Assembly (NCBI GenBank): GCA_963757475.1
Contig: CAVWRW010000002.1
Location: 340,211 to 404,210, forward strand
Length of the DNA: 64,000 bases
From: Candidatus Dormiibacterota bacterium
GTDB lineage: Bacteria; Chloroflexota; Dormibacteria; Aeolococcales; Aeolococcaceae
Reading direction: 5' to 3'
Shown here piece by piece: positions 62,979-64,000 of this stretch. Position numbers and translations under genes: made by a program. The notes beneath the pieces are model-generated. The model was not told the origin of the DNA, did not search any database, and saw nothing but the letters and a program-made list of their open reading frames with translations. The number at the start of each line of letters is the position of its first letter. The stretch's first letter is position 1.

Positions 62979-64000
62979 GACCATCCTCCGTCCGACCACA
63001 CGTTGCGCAGCAGCATGTCCTCTCCCGGAGGCGGCGACGCCTTGGCTTCGACAGTCGCGGTCTCGACGTCGCTGTCGGCGGCCTCTTCGATCGCGTCCAG
63101 CTCAGATTCGCTGACGCCGTGGCGCGAGCAGCCGCGCGCGGTACAGGTCGATCGGGTCGTATGCGGCCCACGCCGCCACCTCGTCCTCGGGTTTGTACGT
63201 CCCCGGGTCGGCCCGCGAGTGCCCGCTGGTGCGGTAGGTGCGGGCCTCGATGAGCGACGGGCCGCCGCCGCTGCGGGCGCGGTCGAGGCACTCGCGTGCG
63301 GTCAGGTACATCGCGTCGGCGTCGTTGCCGTCGACGAGGATGCGCTCGAGCCCGTAGGCCGCCGCCCGATCGGCCGCGGGATGCGCCACCGCGGTGACCG
63401 ATCCGATCGGCGTGTACTCCATGTACAGGTTGTTCTCGCAGACGAACACCACCGGCAGCTTCCACACCGCGGCGAGGTTGAGCGACTCGTGGAACGCCCC
63501 GATGTTGGTGGTGCCGTCACCGAAGAACGCGACCGCAACGCGCGGCTCGCCGCGGTACTGCGCCGACCAGGCGGCGCCCAGCGCGATGGTCAGGTGCGCG
63601 CCGACGATCGCGTACGAGCCCATGACGCCGCGCTCGACGTCGGTGAGGTGCATCGAGCCGCCCTTGCCGGACAGCAGGCCGCATGTCGCGCCCGAGCAGC
63701 TCGCCCATGACGCCGGTCATCGGCGTGCCGCGCGCCAGGGTGTGGGCGTGGCCGCGGTAGGTGGCGAAGGTGTAGTCGCCGGTCCTCCATCGCCTCGCCG
63801 AAGCCCGCGGCGATAGCCTCCTGCCCGAGCGAGAGGTGGCTGGTGCCCTTGACCAGGTTCTGCATGAACAGGTCGTAGGCGCGCTTCTCGAACCTGCGCA
63901 TGCGCACCATCTGGCGGTAGAGTGCGAGCTGCGTCGCCGGGTCGACGCTGCCATCGGGGCGGTGCAGTGCGCCGGGTCGACGCCCGGCGGTCCGGTGCGC
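62966..64000 (-). pseudogene. 2-oxoacid dehydrogenase E1 component, alpha subunit (TPP-binding), 3 frameshifts as sequenced; 5' end at or beyond window edge
   Basis: YRQMVRMRRFEKRAYDLF..GTSHLSLGQEAIAAGF; GDYTFATYRGHAHTLARG; SGKGGSMHLTD; AVAFFGDGTTNIGAFHESLNLAAVWKLPVVFVCENNLYMEYT; tail HGVSESELDAIEEAA..WSWRN, with its stop overlapping the beta-subunit start. Extra bases lie near 63785, 63688 and 63125. Confidence 0.8.

Overview
This is a GC-rich bacterial chromosomal segment with Gram-positive / Actinomycetota-type synteny (uvrC-rapZ ... whiA-gap-pgk-tpiA, hemQ, a long thyX-like gene). It holds roughly 60 densely packed protein genes, many translationally coupled through ATGA/GTGA/TGATG overlaps. 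I found no rRNA, tRNA, CRISPR array, transposase or integrase.

Core content: groEL (5'-truncated by the window), alr, pcrA, ligA, uvrC, whiA, the lower-glycolysis operon, hbd, hemQ, an A-type Fe-S carrier, gabD, and 2-oxoacid dehydrogenase E1 alpha/beta.

Accessory-looking modules:
(i) An asparagine-synthetase::CofE-like (F420-glutamyl-ligase fold) fusion, coupled to alr and a C-N hydrolase.
(ii) Two tandem ~1030-1050 aa paralogs (zinc ribbon / class III cyclase / STAND ATPase / TPR). They sit where yvcK/cuvA is normally found, next to a RapZ reduced to its C-terminal domain.
(iii) arsR, a Cys-rich cadI-like gene, a MIP channel and arsC.
(iv) An sqdB (UDP-sulfoquinovose synthase) operon with a polyprenyl-phosphate-type GT2 and two GT-C membrane transferases.

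Major caveat: many genes are interrupted by single-base indels.
- They are extremely dense at ~19.0-26.6 kb (whiA, gap, pgk, tpiA, gpmI and two secreted proteins).
- They are sparser at 27.9-32.9 kb and 63.1-63.8 kb.
- They are absent over long neighbouring stretches.
- Most events I could resolve are +1 insertions. This favours uncorrected consensus error over real gene decay, but the sequence alone cannot settle it.
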